DNA from: Candidatus Pacearchaeota archaeon
GTDB lineage: Archaea; Nanobdellota; Nanobdellia; Pacearchaeales; GW2011-AR1
Direction of reading: 5' to 3'
Length of the DNA: 32,000 nt
Assembly (NCBI GenBank): GCA_017609285.1
Contig: JAFCEE010000005.1
Coordinates: forward strand, 18,629 to 50,628
The position numbers and the translations under genes were made by a program. This document shows positions 17,226 through 25,213 of the stretch, piece after piece (the first letter of the stretch is position 1; each line of letters opens with the position of its first letter). The notes beneath the pieces were generated by a model. The model was not told the DNA's origin. It saw only the letters and a list, made by a program, of their open reading frames with translations, and did not search any database.

Positions 17226-17384
17226 ATGAAAATAATGGGGATTACTATTATTCTTGTTTTAGCTATTATTTTGGTTTCTGGAGGTTTTTATATTACAGAA
17301 AATCAGTGTAGTGAGCATAGAGAAGGGAAAGTTAAGCATTTTATTGAGTTAGATAAAGAGGGGAACATAGTTAGGATTGTTTAG
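17226..17384 (+). CDS. Small (52 aa) single-pass membrane protein, below the ORF-track cutoff
   Basis: The ATG lies 1 nt after the gatD stop, with GGAGG 5 nt upstream. Translation: MKIMGITIILVLAIILVSGGFYITENQCSEHREGKVKHFIELDKEGNIVRIV, i.e. one TM helix plus a polar tail. Stop TAG at 17382-17384. Confidence 0.35.
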   Translation: MKIMGITIILVLAIILVSGGFYITENQCSEHREGKVKHFIELDKEGNIVRIV

Positions 17385-17431
17385 ATTTTAAATTAATAAA
17401 AAATTATAAAATATGTTTTAATCTCTAAAAT

Positions 17432-17722
17432 TTATTTTTTTAATTCTACTTGTATTCCTCCAATCCAACTTGCAAGTATGTTGTATATGGCTGCTGTTAT
17501 CGTTCCTGCAATGAAGTAGATTATTCCATAAATAACTGGTAAAATTATTATTGACAAGTATCCGATTTGATTCACCACACCTATCTGTTCTGTTATTCCA
17601 GGTATGTCCCCAGCTTTTGTATAGATGATAGAAACTAAAATCCCTGCTATTAACCCATAAATAACTCCAAACAAACCAGCTATTTTTGCTAAACTCAGAA
17701 CACCTATTTTTTTAAGCTTCAT
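17432..17722 (-). CDS. Small membrane protein (3 TM), unknown function
   Basis: 96 aa and Gly/Ile-rich hydrophobic. A strong SD (AAAGGAGGTAAGAGAAAATG on the minus strand) precedes it. It lies 27 nt downstream of the DUF1003 gene on the same strand. Confidence 0.5.
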   Translation of the reverse strand: MKLKKIGVLSLAKIAGLFGVIYGLIAGILVSIIYTKAGDIPGITEQIGVVNQIGYLSIIILPVIYGIIYFIAGTITAAIYNILASWIGGIQVELKK

Positions 17723-17749
17723 TTTCTCTTACCTCCTTTTATCTTTATC

Positions 17750-18181
17750 TTACTTCTTCCTATAAGTTTTTTGTTTTATAAGCTTTTTTATTTCTTCTAA
17801 ATCTTTTTGTATATCCTGAATTTCAGCTTCAGCTTTTTTATTTATTCTATAGTCATATTCTGCTCTCAATCTGTCTCTTTGAGCTTCTCTGTTTTGGCTC
17901 ATTAAGATGATTGGAGCTTGTATTGCTGCTAAAGTAGAGAGTACGAAATTTAAGAGTATAAAAGGATAAGGGTCCCATTTATAGATTACCATTAGTGTAT
18001 TCATTACTATCCAACTTCCCATAAAAATAGATAAACTTATTATAAAAGTCCAAGAACCGGCCCATTTTGTTAAATTGTCAGCTGCTTTTTGGCTAAAAGT
18101 TCTTTTTGCTTTATGTACAGGATGTAAAGTTCTCTCTAATTCTCTTATTGTTTTTTGTATGGGGCTTTCTTTATACTTCAT
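17750..18181 (-). CDS. DUF1003 family membrane protein
   Basis: AADNLTKWAGSWTFII, WDPYPFILLNFVLSTLAAIQAPIILMSQNREAQRDRLRAEYDYRINKKAEAEI reproduces the conserved DUF1003 core almost motif for motif. Confidence 0.7.
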   Translation of the reverse strand: MKYKESPIQKTIRELERTLHPVHKAKRTFSQKAADNLTKWAGSWTFIISLSIFMGSWIVMNTLMVIYKWDPYPFILLNFVLSTLAAIQAPIILMSQNREAQRDRLRAEYDYRINKKAEAEIQDIQKDLEEIKKLIKQKTYRKK

Positions 18182-18297
18182 GCCCTTTAAAATTCTTTTT
18201 TATTTTTAAAGGTTTTCAACATTTCTTTTTGTTATTTGTAACTTATAAGTGGTTATAAAATAGAAAGATTTAAAAAGATAAACCGGACTTAGATTTT

Positions 18298-19569
18298 ATG
18301 GGATTAGAACATATTTTTTCAGAGTCAAATATGACTGAATATGCTGGTGCTTGTTTAGACTTAGCTATGAAAATTCCAGAACAAAAAGGTTTTGATACCT
18401 TGCTTATTCCAAGTAGGGGCGCGGTTCCTTTTTTTCTCGGTATGGCTTACGCATTAAAAAAATTTGATTGGAGTGATGATCATAGAAGATTTAGAGAAGA
18501 ATTAGGTATTCATTCTTTAATTGAGCCTTTACTTCCTAAAGATTGCGGATTGAAGGTAGGGGCAAGTAAGGGAAAGATAAAGACTTTATTGATCCCTTTT
18601 ACTGCTGATTTAAATATTAAGAGTAAAAATGAACAAGAGATGATAGAAATAACAAGAGAAACTAGATATTATTGGTCGAGAGTGGCTACTTCTTTTATGA
18701 AAGAACCAAGAATTAGAGAAAAAGACCCTTATTTTGCTTCTTTTGTTGATGGGATACTAAAAAATATTGAGGGGAGGAAAAAATTGATTTCTAGTTATTG
18801 TAGATTTCCCAGGGTAAAAAATTTCGCGATAATTGATACTGTTATTTCGGGGAGGGCATCAAATGATATCCTAAAAGCATTTGACAAAATCGCAGAAACG
18901 CATAATAATGGTATTGAGGGAATAATAAATGCATCTGAGGAGATGCCTGTACCTTATGCGTTCTTAGTTGTAGATGAAGGGGGGAGGAAATTAAGAAGAA
19001 AGTTTTTAACTTATATCAATAGGAAAAAAGCTGTAGGACAAGTCAAAACTTATCCTATTAACAGAATTGTTTCTGAAGATGAAGGAGCTTCTTTAGAGGG
19101 TGTTGCTGCAGTGGTTTATCCAGGCCTTATGGAATCTTCTAAAGATTTGGTCAGATATGTTAATGACCATACAGAACCATTTTTTATAGGGGCTGGAAGT
19201 TGGCATATTGTTCCTAATGATAACTATCTTAATAATTTCGCAAGATTTATGGATTTGGTTTATTCTTCTATTGACTTTAAATATGCTAAGGATTTTGGTG
19301 ATGGTATGGGGAGGGCAAAAGAAATATTTGAAGAAAAAAGAAAAGAATTTGTTAAATATGCGAAAAAACAAAAAATTTTAGCAAGACATGATTGTGATCC
19401 TGCAATACTTAACCTAAATCCCAACTATGCTATTGATAGGTTTTACGAAACTAGGTCTCATGTTCTCCATATAGATTTTGATGGACAAGCGACTCAAGAC
19501 ATCATTAGTGAGATTATTAGATCTGTAAATAAAGGAGAAAATTGTTTAGAATACAGGTATAAAAGATAA
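18298..19569 (+). CDS. Hypothetical protein with PRTase-like N-terminal fold signatures, otherwise unrecognised
   Basis: 423-aa ORF with normal codon periodicity. LLIPSRGAVPFFLG resembles the PRTase strand-plus-flexible-loop (RGG-type). FAIIDTVISGRAS resembles a PRPP-binding loop with only one acidic residue. I do not recognise the C-terminal ~200 aa. Confidence 0.55.
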   Translation: MGLEHIFSESNMTEYAGACLDLAMKIPEQKGFDTLLIPSRGAVPFFLGMAYALKKFDWSDDHRRFREELGIHSLIEPLLPKDCGLKVGASKGKIKTLLIPFTADLNIKSKNEQEMIEITRETRYYWSRVATSFMKEPRIREKDPYFASFVDGILKNIEGRKKLISSYCRFPRVKNFAIIDTVISGRASNDILKAFDKIAETHNNGIEGIINASEEMPVPYAFLVVDEGGRKLRRKFLTYINRKKAVGQVKTYPINRIVSEDEGASLEGVAAVVYPGLMESSKDLVRYVNDHTEPFFIGAGSWHIVPNDNYLNNFARFMDLVYSSIDFKYAKDFGDGMGRAKEIFEEKRKEFVKYAKKQKILARHDCDPAILNLNPNYAIDRFYETRSHVLHIDFDGQATQDIISEIIRSVNKGENCLEYRYKR

Positions 19570-19600
19570 AATTTAATAATACCCTTTCTCTTCTTTATTT

Positions 19601-21043
19601 ATGTCAGAAAAAGATATAAATGAAAAAATAGGAATAGAAATTCATCAGCAATTAGATACTAAAAAATTATTTTGTGATTGCCCTTCTATACTTAGGAAAG
19701 ATGAGCCGGATTATATTGTTGAAAGAAAACTTCATATTGTTGCAGGTGAGGGGGGAGAGGTGGATGTGGCTGTAAAATATGAGAAAACTAGGGGGAAAAA
19801 TTTTGTTTATGAATGTTATTCTGATAATAATTGTTTAGTAGAATTAGATGAAGAGCCGCCCCACAAAATTAATGAAGATGCTTTGAAAATCGCTTTACAA
19901 ATTTCTTTGTTATTAAATTGTGAAATTTTGCCTTACACACAAATTATGAGAAAAACTGTGATAGATGGAAGCAATGTTTCAGGATTTCAAAGGACAGTAT
20001 TAATAGCTAAAAATGGTTATGTTGAGACTGGTGAAGGAAAAATAGGAATTCAGAGTATTTGTCTTGAGGAAGATGCTGCTAGAATAATAAGAGAAGAAAA
20101 AGATAAGATTGTGTATAGATTGGATAGGTTAGGAATTCCTCTTGTAGAAATAGCCACAAAACCAGAAATAAAAAATGCAAGACAGGCAAGAGAAGTGGCT
20201 TTAAAAATTGGTGAGATACTAAGAGTTTGTAGGGTTAAAAGAGGCATAGGAACTATAAGACAAGATGTTAATTTGTCGGTTTCTTTTGAAGGAAAAGAAG
20301 GGAAAAGAATAGAGATTAAAGGGGTTCAGGAACCAAAACTTATAGAAAAAACAATTGAATTAGAGGCAAAAAGGCAGGAAAGATTAGTAAAACAAGGAAA
20401 AAGTGAGGCAGAGGTAAGGAAAGCTTTATCAGATGGAAAAACTAAATTTTTAAGACCTCTTCCTGGAGCAGCAAGAATGTACCCTGAAACCGATTCACCT
20501 TTATTACATATAACTAGAGAGATTATAAATGAGGCAAAAAAAACCCTTCCAAGATTAAAAAGTGAAATAAAGGCAGATTTAAGAAAAAAGGGTTTGCATG
20601 AGGAGTTAGTTAAAATTTTGTTAAAAGAGAAAAAAATAGAAGAATTCAATGAGTTGTTAGCAGTTTATAATAAACCAGAACTGGTGACGAAAATGCTAAC
20701 TATATGGCAAGCTGATTTAGTTAAAAAATTGAAAAAAACTAAAAGACAGGTAGAAAAAAAATTTACTTTGGATATTCTAGAAACAATTTTGCAGGCAGTT
20801 CAATCTGGTAAAATTTCTGAACAAGAGGTTAGGGAAGTTATGGAAGAAATTATTAAGGGCAAGGAAGTAAAAGAAGCTGTCGAGAGAGAGAAAATAGAAA
20901 ATCTAGAAGAAGAAGTCTTAAAAATAATCAAAGAGAAGCCGGGATTAACTATTAATGCTTATATGGGTCTGATTATGAAGAAGTTTAAAGGAAAAGCAAA
21001 TGGTAAGGAGGTTATGGAAATTTTGAAAAAGCTTGTTACATAA
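19601..21043 (+). CDS. gatE: Glutamyl-tRNA(Gln) amidotransferase subunit E, short form lacking the AspRS-like insertion domain
   Basis: GatE-specific blocks are present: IGIEIHQQLDTKKLFCDC, CLVELDEEPPH, RKTVIDGSNVSGFQRT, CLEEDAAR, RLDRLGIPLVEIATKPE, IEIKGVQ, FLRPLPGAARMYPETD. It has a YqeY-like tail. At 480 aa it is well short of the ~600+ aa I recall for characterised GatE. Confidence 0.85.
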   Translation: MSEKDINEKIGIEIHQQLDTKKLFCDCPSILRKDEPDYIVERKLHIVAGEGGEVDVAVKYEKTRGKNFVYECYSDNNCLVELDEEPPHKINEDALKIALQISLLLNCEILPYTQIMRKTVIDGSNVSGFQRTVLIAKNGYVETGEGKIGIQSICLEEDAARIIREEKDKIVYRLDRLGIPLVEIATKPEIKNARQAREVALKIGEILRVCRVKRGIGTIRQDVNLSVSFEGKEGKRIEIKGVQEPKLIEKTIELEAKRQERLVKQGKSEAEVRKALSDGKTKFLRPLPGAARMYPETDSPLLHITREIINEAKKTLPRLKSEIKADLRKKGLHEELVKILLKEKKIEEFNELLAVYNKPELVTKMLTIWQADLVKKLKKTKRQVEKKFTLDILETILQAVQSGKISEQEVREVMEEIIKGKEVKEAVEREKIENLEEEVLKIIKEKPGLTINAYMGLIMKKFKGKANGKEVMEILKKLVT

Positions 21044-21091
21044 TAATTTGAGTATATAAATTCTTATAAATTATGACAGTATTTTATATCT

Positions 21092-22567
21092 ATGTTTAAA
21101 AAAGGGTTTGACACTGAAAAATATTTAAAGATTCAGTCAGAAGAAATTTTAAACAGAGCTAAGAGATTCAAAAAATTTTATCTTGAGGTTGGGGGAAAGC
21201 TATGTTATGATTTTCATGCATCTAGGGTCTTGCCTGGTTATGATCCAAATACTAAAATAAAACTACTTCAAGAATTAAGAAATTGTTCTGAAATTGTTGT
21301 GTGTGTTTCTGCTAAAGATATAGAGAATAGTAAGATAGAAGGGTATTTTGGTTTGACATATGAAGCAATGACTTTAAAATTAATAAACGACTTAAGAGAT
21401 TTTGGTTTAAATGTTTCTGCTATTGTAATAAATAGGTTTTCGAATGAGAAAAAAGCCCTTAAATTAAAGAGGTATTTGGAGAATATAGGTGTTAGAGCTT
21501 ATTTACAAAAAGAAATTGAGGGCTATCCTGCAGATGTGGATAAAATTGTTTCTGAAGAAGGCTATGGAAAAAATCCTTATGTAGAAACTAGCAAGCCAAT
21601 AGTGATTGTTACTGGTGCTGGTCCTGGAAGTGGGAAAATGTCTTTTTGCCTTTCACAATTATATTTTGATAATCTTAATAAAAGAGAATCAGGGTATGCA
21701 AAATTTGAAACTTTTCCAAATATTGCTTACGAGGCAGCAACAGCAGATATAGGGGATGTAAATATGGTTGACCCTTTTCATTTGCAGGAGTATGAAGTTA
21801 CAGCTATAAACTATAATAGAGATATAGAAAGTTTTCCTATCCTGAAAAAGATTCTTGAAAGAATTGATCAGCAAGTTTATAAATCTCCTACTGAAATGGG
21901 TGTAAATAAGACTAAACAAGGAATTATTAATGATGAGATAGTGAGAGAGGCATCTAAACAGGAGATAATAAGGAGATATTTCAGGTACAAGAGAGAAAAT
22001 CTTCTTGGTATGGTTGGAAAAGATGTTGTTGAGAGAGCTGAGAAATTGATGCAGAAGTTAGAAATAAATGAAATGCATAGGCAAGTTGTAAGTTATGCAA
22101 GACAAGCAGCTCTTGAAGCAGAGAAAGAGGAAGATAAAGGAAACAAAGGGTTTTATTGTGGTTCTGCTATTCAAATAGGAAACAAGATAATAACTGGAAA
22201 AAACTCCGAGCTTCTTCACTCAGAATCAGCTTGTATTATTAAAGCTTTAAAATATTTGGCCAATATATCTGCAGATATACATCTCCTTTCCGAAAACATA
22301 ATTAATAGTATAAGAACTTTGAAACAAAAAATTTCTGGAAAGACAAATCCGAGTTTAGATGTAAGTGAAATTTTAATTGCTTTGGCTGTAACTTCTTCTA
22401 CAAATCCCTTTGTTTTAGAATGCATAAATAAAATTCCTTTACTTAAAAATTGTGAGATGCATACTACACATCTACCAACAAAAGGAGATGAAGTTGGTTT
22501 AAGAGATTTAGGAATAAATCTTACAACAGATGCAGAATTAACACCAAAAATATATTTAAGAGGTTAA
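21092..22567 (+). CDS. UPF0371/DUF1846 family protein (function unknown)
   Basis: FDTEKYLKIQSEEILNRAKRF, LEVGGKLCYDFHASRVLPGYDPNTKIKLLQEL, GAGPGSGKMSFC, GYAKFETFP, AYEAATADIGDVNMVDPFHL, NYNRDIESFPILKK, SPTEMGVN, ASKQEIIRRY and GKNSELLH match my recollection of UPF0371 proteins along the full length. Confidence 0.8.
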   Translation: MFKKGFDTEKYLKIQSEEILNRAKRFKKFYLEVGGKLCYDFHASRVLPGYDPNTKIKLLQELRNCSEIVVCVSAKDIENSKIEGYFGLTYEAMTLKLINDLRDFGLNVSAIVINRFSNEKKALKLKRYLENIGVRAYLQKEIEGYPADVDKIVSEEGYGKNPYVETSKPIVIVTGAGPGSGKMSFCLSQLYFDNLNKRESGYAKFETFPNIAYEAATADIGDVNMVDPFHLQEYEVTAINYNRDIESFPILKKILERIDQQVYKSPTEMGVNKTKQGIINDEIVREASKQEIIRRYFRYKRENLLGMVGKDVVERAEKLMQKLEINEMHRQVVSYARQAALEAEKEEDKGNKGFYCGSAIQIGNKIITGKNSELLHSESACIIKALKYLANISADIHLLSENIINSIRTLKQKISGKTNPSLDVSEILIALAVTSSTNPFVLECINKIPLLKNCEMHTTHLPTKGDEVGLRDLGINLTTDAELTPKIYLRG

Positions 22568-22598
22568 AGTTTATAAATCTTATTACATTGAAGAAAAC

Positions 22599-23879
22599 AT
22601 GAAAAGAAAATATGTTAAGGAAGTTCTAATAGGAAAGGAGAAAGAAAATTTTTTAGTAAAAGGATGGGTTCATGAAATTAGGGATTTAGGCAAGGTTAGA
22701 TTTTTGTTGTTAAGAGACATAACAGGGATAATACAGATTACAGGACATAAAGATAAGACTGGTGAGAAGATTTTTGAATTAATGAAAAAAATTAATAGAG
22801 AAAGTGTTGTTAGTATAAAAGGAAAAGCAGTTAAAAATAATAAAGCTCCTGGAGGAGTTGAGATTTTGCCTGAGGAATTAGAAGTAATAGGCGAGGCTGA
22901 TGAGAAATTGCCTATTGATGTTTCTGATTTTTCCAAGACAGAATTGCCGAAAAGATTAGATTATAGATTTTTAGATTTTCATAGGAGGAAAGTTCAGGCT
23001 ATTTTTAAAATTCAATCTGAAATTGCAAATTCATTTAGGGAACATTTCTACAATAAAGGATTCATAGAAATGCAGCCACCCTGCATAATAAGTTCTGCGT
23101 CAGAAGGAGGGACTGAATTATTCCCTGTTCAGTATTTTGAGAAAAAAGCTTTTCTTGCGCAAAGCCCTCAGTTATATAAGCAAATGTTAGCTTGCTCTAT
23201 GGAAAAAGTATTTATGATAACTCCTGTATGGAGAGCAGAAAAACATAATACAATAAGGCATATTAATGAAATAAGACAGATGGATATAGAGATGGCTTTT
23301 TCTGGTCAAAAAGAGGTGATGAAACAGCTTGAAGAAGTTGTTAAATATATAGTAAGTCAGGTTTTAAAGAAAAACAAAAAAGAGCTTGAGTTATTAGATA
23401 TTAAATTAAAAATTCCTAAGGCAGTCTATTTAAGTTACGAAGAAGCAATCGAGAAAGTTGGCGGCAAATTTGGTGATGATTTCTCTCCAGAACAAGAGAA
23501 AAAATTATGTGAGATGCATCCTGATTGTATTGTTTTTACACATAGTTGGCCTTCTTCTATTAAACCCTTTTATATCATGCCCAAAAATCAAGAAGCAGAT
23601 GCAAAATTAAGTGAAGGATTTGATGCCTTATATAAGGGTGTTGAAATCAGCTCTGGTGGACAAAGAATTCACATACCAAAATTGTTAACAGAAAGAATTA
23701 GGGGAAAGGGTCTAAACCCAAAAAATTTTGAATCATATATTAATTCATTTAAATATGGTGCTCCCCCTCATGCGGGTTGGAGTATTGGCCTAGAAAGATT
23801 GACAGGAATAATTTGTAAACAAGACAATATAAGGGAAGTTACAATGTTCCCGAGAGATAGAGATAGGCTTATACCTTAA
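22599..23879 (+). CDS. aspS: Aspartyl-tRNA synthetase, archaeal type (probably non-discriminating)
   Basis: An N-terminal OB fold (GWVHEIRDLGKVRFLLLRDITGIIQI) is followed by class II motifs FIEMQPP, QSPQLYKQ, VWRAEKHNTIRHINE and GAPPHAGWSIGLERL. The non-discriminating status is inferred only from the co-located gatCAB genes. Confidence 0.9.
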   Translation: MKRKYVKEVLIGKEKENFLVKGWVHEIRDLGKVRFLLLRDITGIIQITGHKDKTGEKIFELMKKINRESVVSIKGKAVKNNKAPGGVEILPEELEVIGEADEKLPIDVSDFSKTELPKRLDYRFLDFHRRKVQAIFKIQSEIANSFREHFYNKGFIEMQPPCIISSASEGGTELFPVQYFEKKAFLAQSPQLYKQMLACSMEKVFMITPVWRAEKHNTIRHINEIRQMDIEMAFSGQKEVMKQLEEVVKYIVSQVLKKNKKELELLDIKLKIPKAVYLSYEEAIEKVGGKFGDDFSPEQEKKLCEMHPDCIVFTHSWPSSIKPFYIMPKNQEADAKLSEGFDALYKGVEISSGGQRIHIPKLLTERIRGKGLNPKNFESYINSFKYGAPPHAGWSIGLERLTGIICKQDNIREVTMFPRDRDRLIP

Positions 23880-23940
23880 TAAATTAAAATATATTCTCTA
23901 GTATAATTTTATTTATAAAGTATTATTTAGTATTTTTTTT

Positions 23941-24288
23941 ATGAACAGCAAGTTTAAAAAATCTGTTGCTGCATTTACTTTAATAAGTTCTCTTTATGGT
24001 TGTGTTATTTCTAATACAGATTTAGTTACAAAACAATTTAGGAAAGGGACTATTGTTTATAAAATCGAAGATGAAGTTATTTCTACATTAAGGAACATAG
24101 AAATTTTAAGAGGATATGCCTTATCTCAAAATGAAGAACCTGAAAAATTAACAGAAACCCAACAACTCGAAGTTTATAATTTTGTTGATAGAAATAAGGA
24201 TTTCTATATAACAAAGAGAGAAGCTGAACAAGCTATGAGGGAAGCATCTAGGCAGTCCTTAGAAGATTTAGCATATCCTGAATTCTGA
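23941..24288 (+). CDS. Putative secreted lipoprotein with an EF-hand-like loop
   Basis: Signal peptide MNSKFKKSVAAFTLISSLYGC with a lipobox-like LYGC. DRNKDFYITKRE fits the 12-residue EF-hand loop pattern at positions 1, 3, 5, 8, 9 and 12 (position 6 is Phe, not Gly). Confidence 0.5.
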   Translation: MNSKFKKSVAAFTLISSLYGCVISNTDLVTKQFRKGTIVYKIEDEVISTLRNIEILRGYALSQNEEPEKLTETQQLEVYNFVDRNKDFYITKREAEQAMREASRQSLEDLAYPEF

Positions 24289-24358
24289 ATACTCGAAAAT
24301 ACAAAAGTTTAAAAATAGATTAGCTTACTAATCTTATTTAAATTAGAGGAAAATAAAA

Positions 24359-24445
24359 ATGGAAGAAGAATTTGAAGAAGAATTGGAAAACGAAGCTGAA
24401 GAAACAGAAGAAACAGAAGATGAAGAAGCTGAAGAAGAGGAATAA
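24359..24445 (+). CDS. Candidate 28-aa hyper-acidic micro-protein
   Basis: ATG preceded by GAGGA about 8 nt upstream. Translation: MEEEFEEELENEAEETEETEDEEAEEEE, with 21 of 28 residues Glu/Asp. A TATA-like GTTTAAAAATAG lies about 45 nt upstream and a T-rich tract (24477-24499) lies downstream. Not in the ORF track (below size cutoff). Confidence 0.3.
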   Translation: MEEEFEEELENEAEETEETEDEEAEEEE

Positions 24446-24535
24446 GATATAGGGAGTAGTTGCTAAATTGATTTTGAATTTTTTCTTTTTTATTTTTTCA
24501 ATAAATTTATAAATTTCTTTTAATTTTCTTTTTTG

Positions 24536-24766
24536 ATGGATAAAGAAGAGATAAAAAACCAGGCTAAGAGAATTCTTGATAAGTTTACTAATGCTTTAGA
24601 GAAAGTTAAAATAGAGGAAAGTAGAGTAGAGAGAAAAGAAGATAGAAGAAAAGAATTTGAAGGAGAAGAGGAAACTAATTCTGAGTTTCGAAAAATTATG
24701 TTTGAAAATGCTCCAAAGAAAAAAGAGGATTTTATTATTGGGGAAAAAGGGAAATGGATAAAATAA
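24536..24766 (+). CDS. gatC: GatC-like small subunit of Asp/Glu-tRNA amidotransferase
   Basis: 76 aa from the ATG at 24536. ILDKFTNALEKV and the C-terminal MFENAPKKKEDFIIGEKG resemble the GatC blocks (..iLdyve.l.el.. and ..L.NAP..edgyf.vP). It overlaps the HIT gene, which abuts gatA. The N-terminal GatC helix appears shortened. Confidence 0.45.
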   Translation: MDKEEIKNQAKRILDKFTNALEKVKIEESRVERKEDRRKEFEGEEETNSEFRKIMFENAPKKKEDFIIGEKGKWIK

Positions 24767-25212
24767 AAGATTGTGTTTTTTGTAAGATTGTTAAAGGAGA
24801 AATTCCGTGCATTAAAATCTGGGAAAATAAAGAATTCTTAGCCTTTTTGGACATTAAACCAAATACAAAAGGTATGACTTTAGTGGTTCCAAAAAAGCAT
24901 TATGATTCTGATATCTTTAAAATGCAAGAGAAAAAATATCTCAAATTTTTAAGTGTGGCAAAAAAAATAGCTAAACTTTTGGAAAAAGGTTTAAATGTCA
25001 AAAGAATTGCGATGGTTGTAGAAGGCATGGAAATAAATCATGCGCATATAAAGTTATACCCTCTACATGGTTTAGATAAAAAATTTAAACCGATGATAGC
25101 TGAAGAAAAAGTTTATTTTGAAAATTATCCTGGATTTTTAACTACAAAAGAAGGGCCTTTAAAAAATTTTAAAACTTTAAAAAAATTGCTGAAAAAATCA
25201 AAAGAAAATTAA
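24754..25212 (+). CDS. HIT (histidine triad) family hydrolase with variant H-x-H-x-K motif
   Basis: CVFCKIVKGEIPC, AFLDIKPNTKGMTLVVPKKH and GMEINHAHIKLYP align to the HIT blocks C.FC.I, aFlDi.P...GH.LviPk.H and G.ev.HvHiHliP. The third His of the triad is Lys here. Confidence 0.8.
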   Translation: MDKIKDCVFCKIVKGEIPCIKIWENKEFLAFLDIKPNTKGMTLVVPKKHYDSDIFKMQEKKYLKFLSVAKKIAKLLEKGLNVKRIAMVVEGMEINHAHIKLYPLHGLDKKFKPMIAEEKVYFENYPGFLTTKEGPLKNFKTLKKLLKKSKEN

Positions 25213-25213
25213 A

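Noticed and set aside
18184-18212. 9-bp inverted repeat CCTTTAAAA-n11-TTTTAAAGG at the DUF1003 start.
   Set aside because: The arms are almost pure A/T in a very AT-rich promoter region, so a chance occurrence is likely. The repeat is short, with no supporting second copy.
20050-20649. ORFs 20050..20247 and 20326..20649, antisense to gatE. The same class of nested antisense ORFs includes 14002..14214, 14428..14731, 15164..15490, 16526..16781, 19093..19371, 21689..21919, 22216..22425, 22670..22936, 27697..27918, 29608..29808, 30064..30279 and 31259..31559.
   Set aside because: All are nested in, or overlap, strongly supported genes on the opposite strand, and none has a recognisable motif. 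I treated them as non-coding.
24359-24445. Interpreting the GAA-rich stretch purely as a microsatellite repeat.
   Set aside because: It is not a clean tandem repeat; only one 9-nt unit is duplicated. It keeps one open frame with an ATG, an SD-like GAGGA and a downstream T-tract. It is therefore kept as a candidate micro-ORF, with low confidence.
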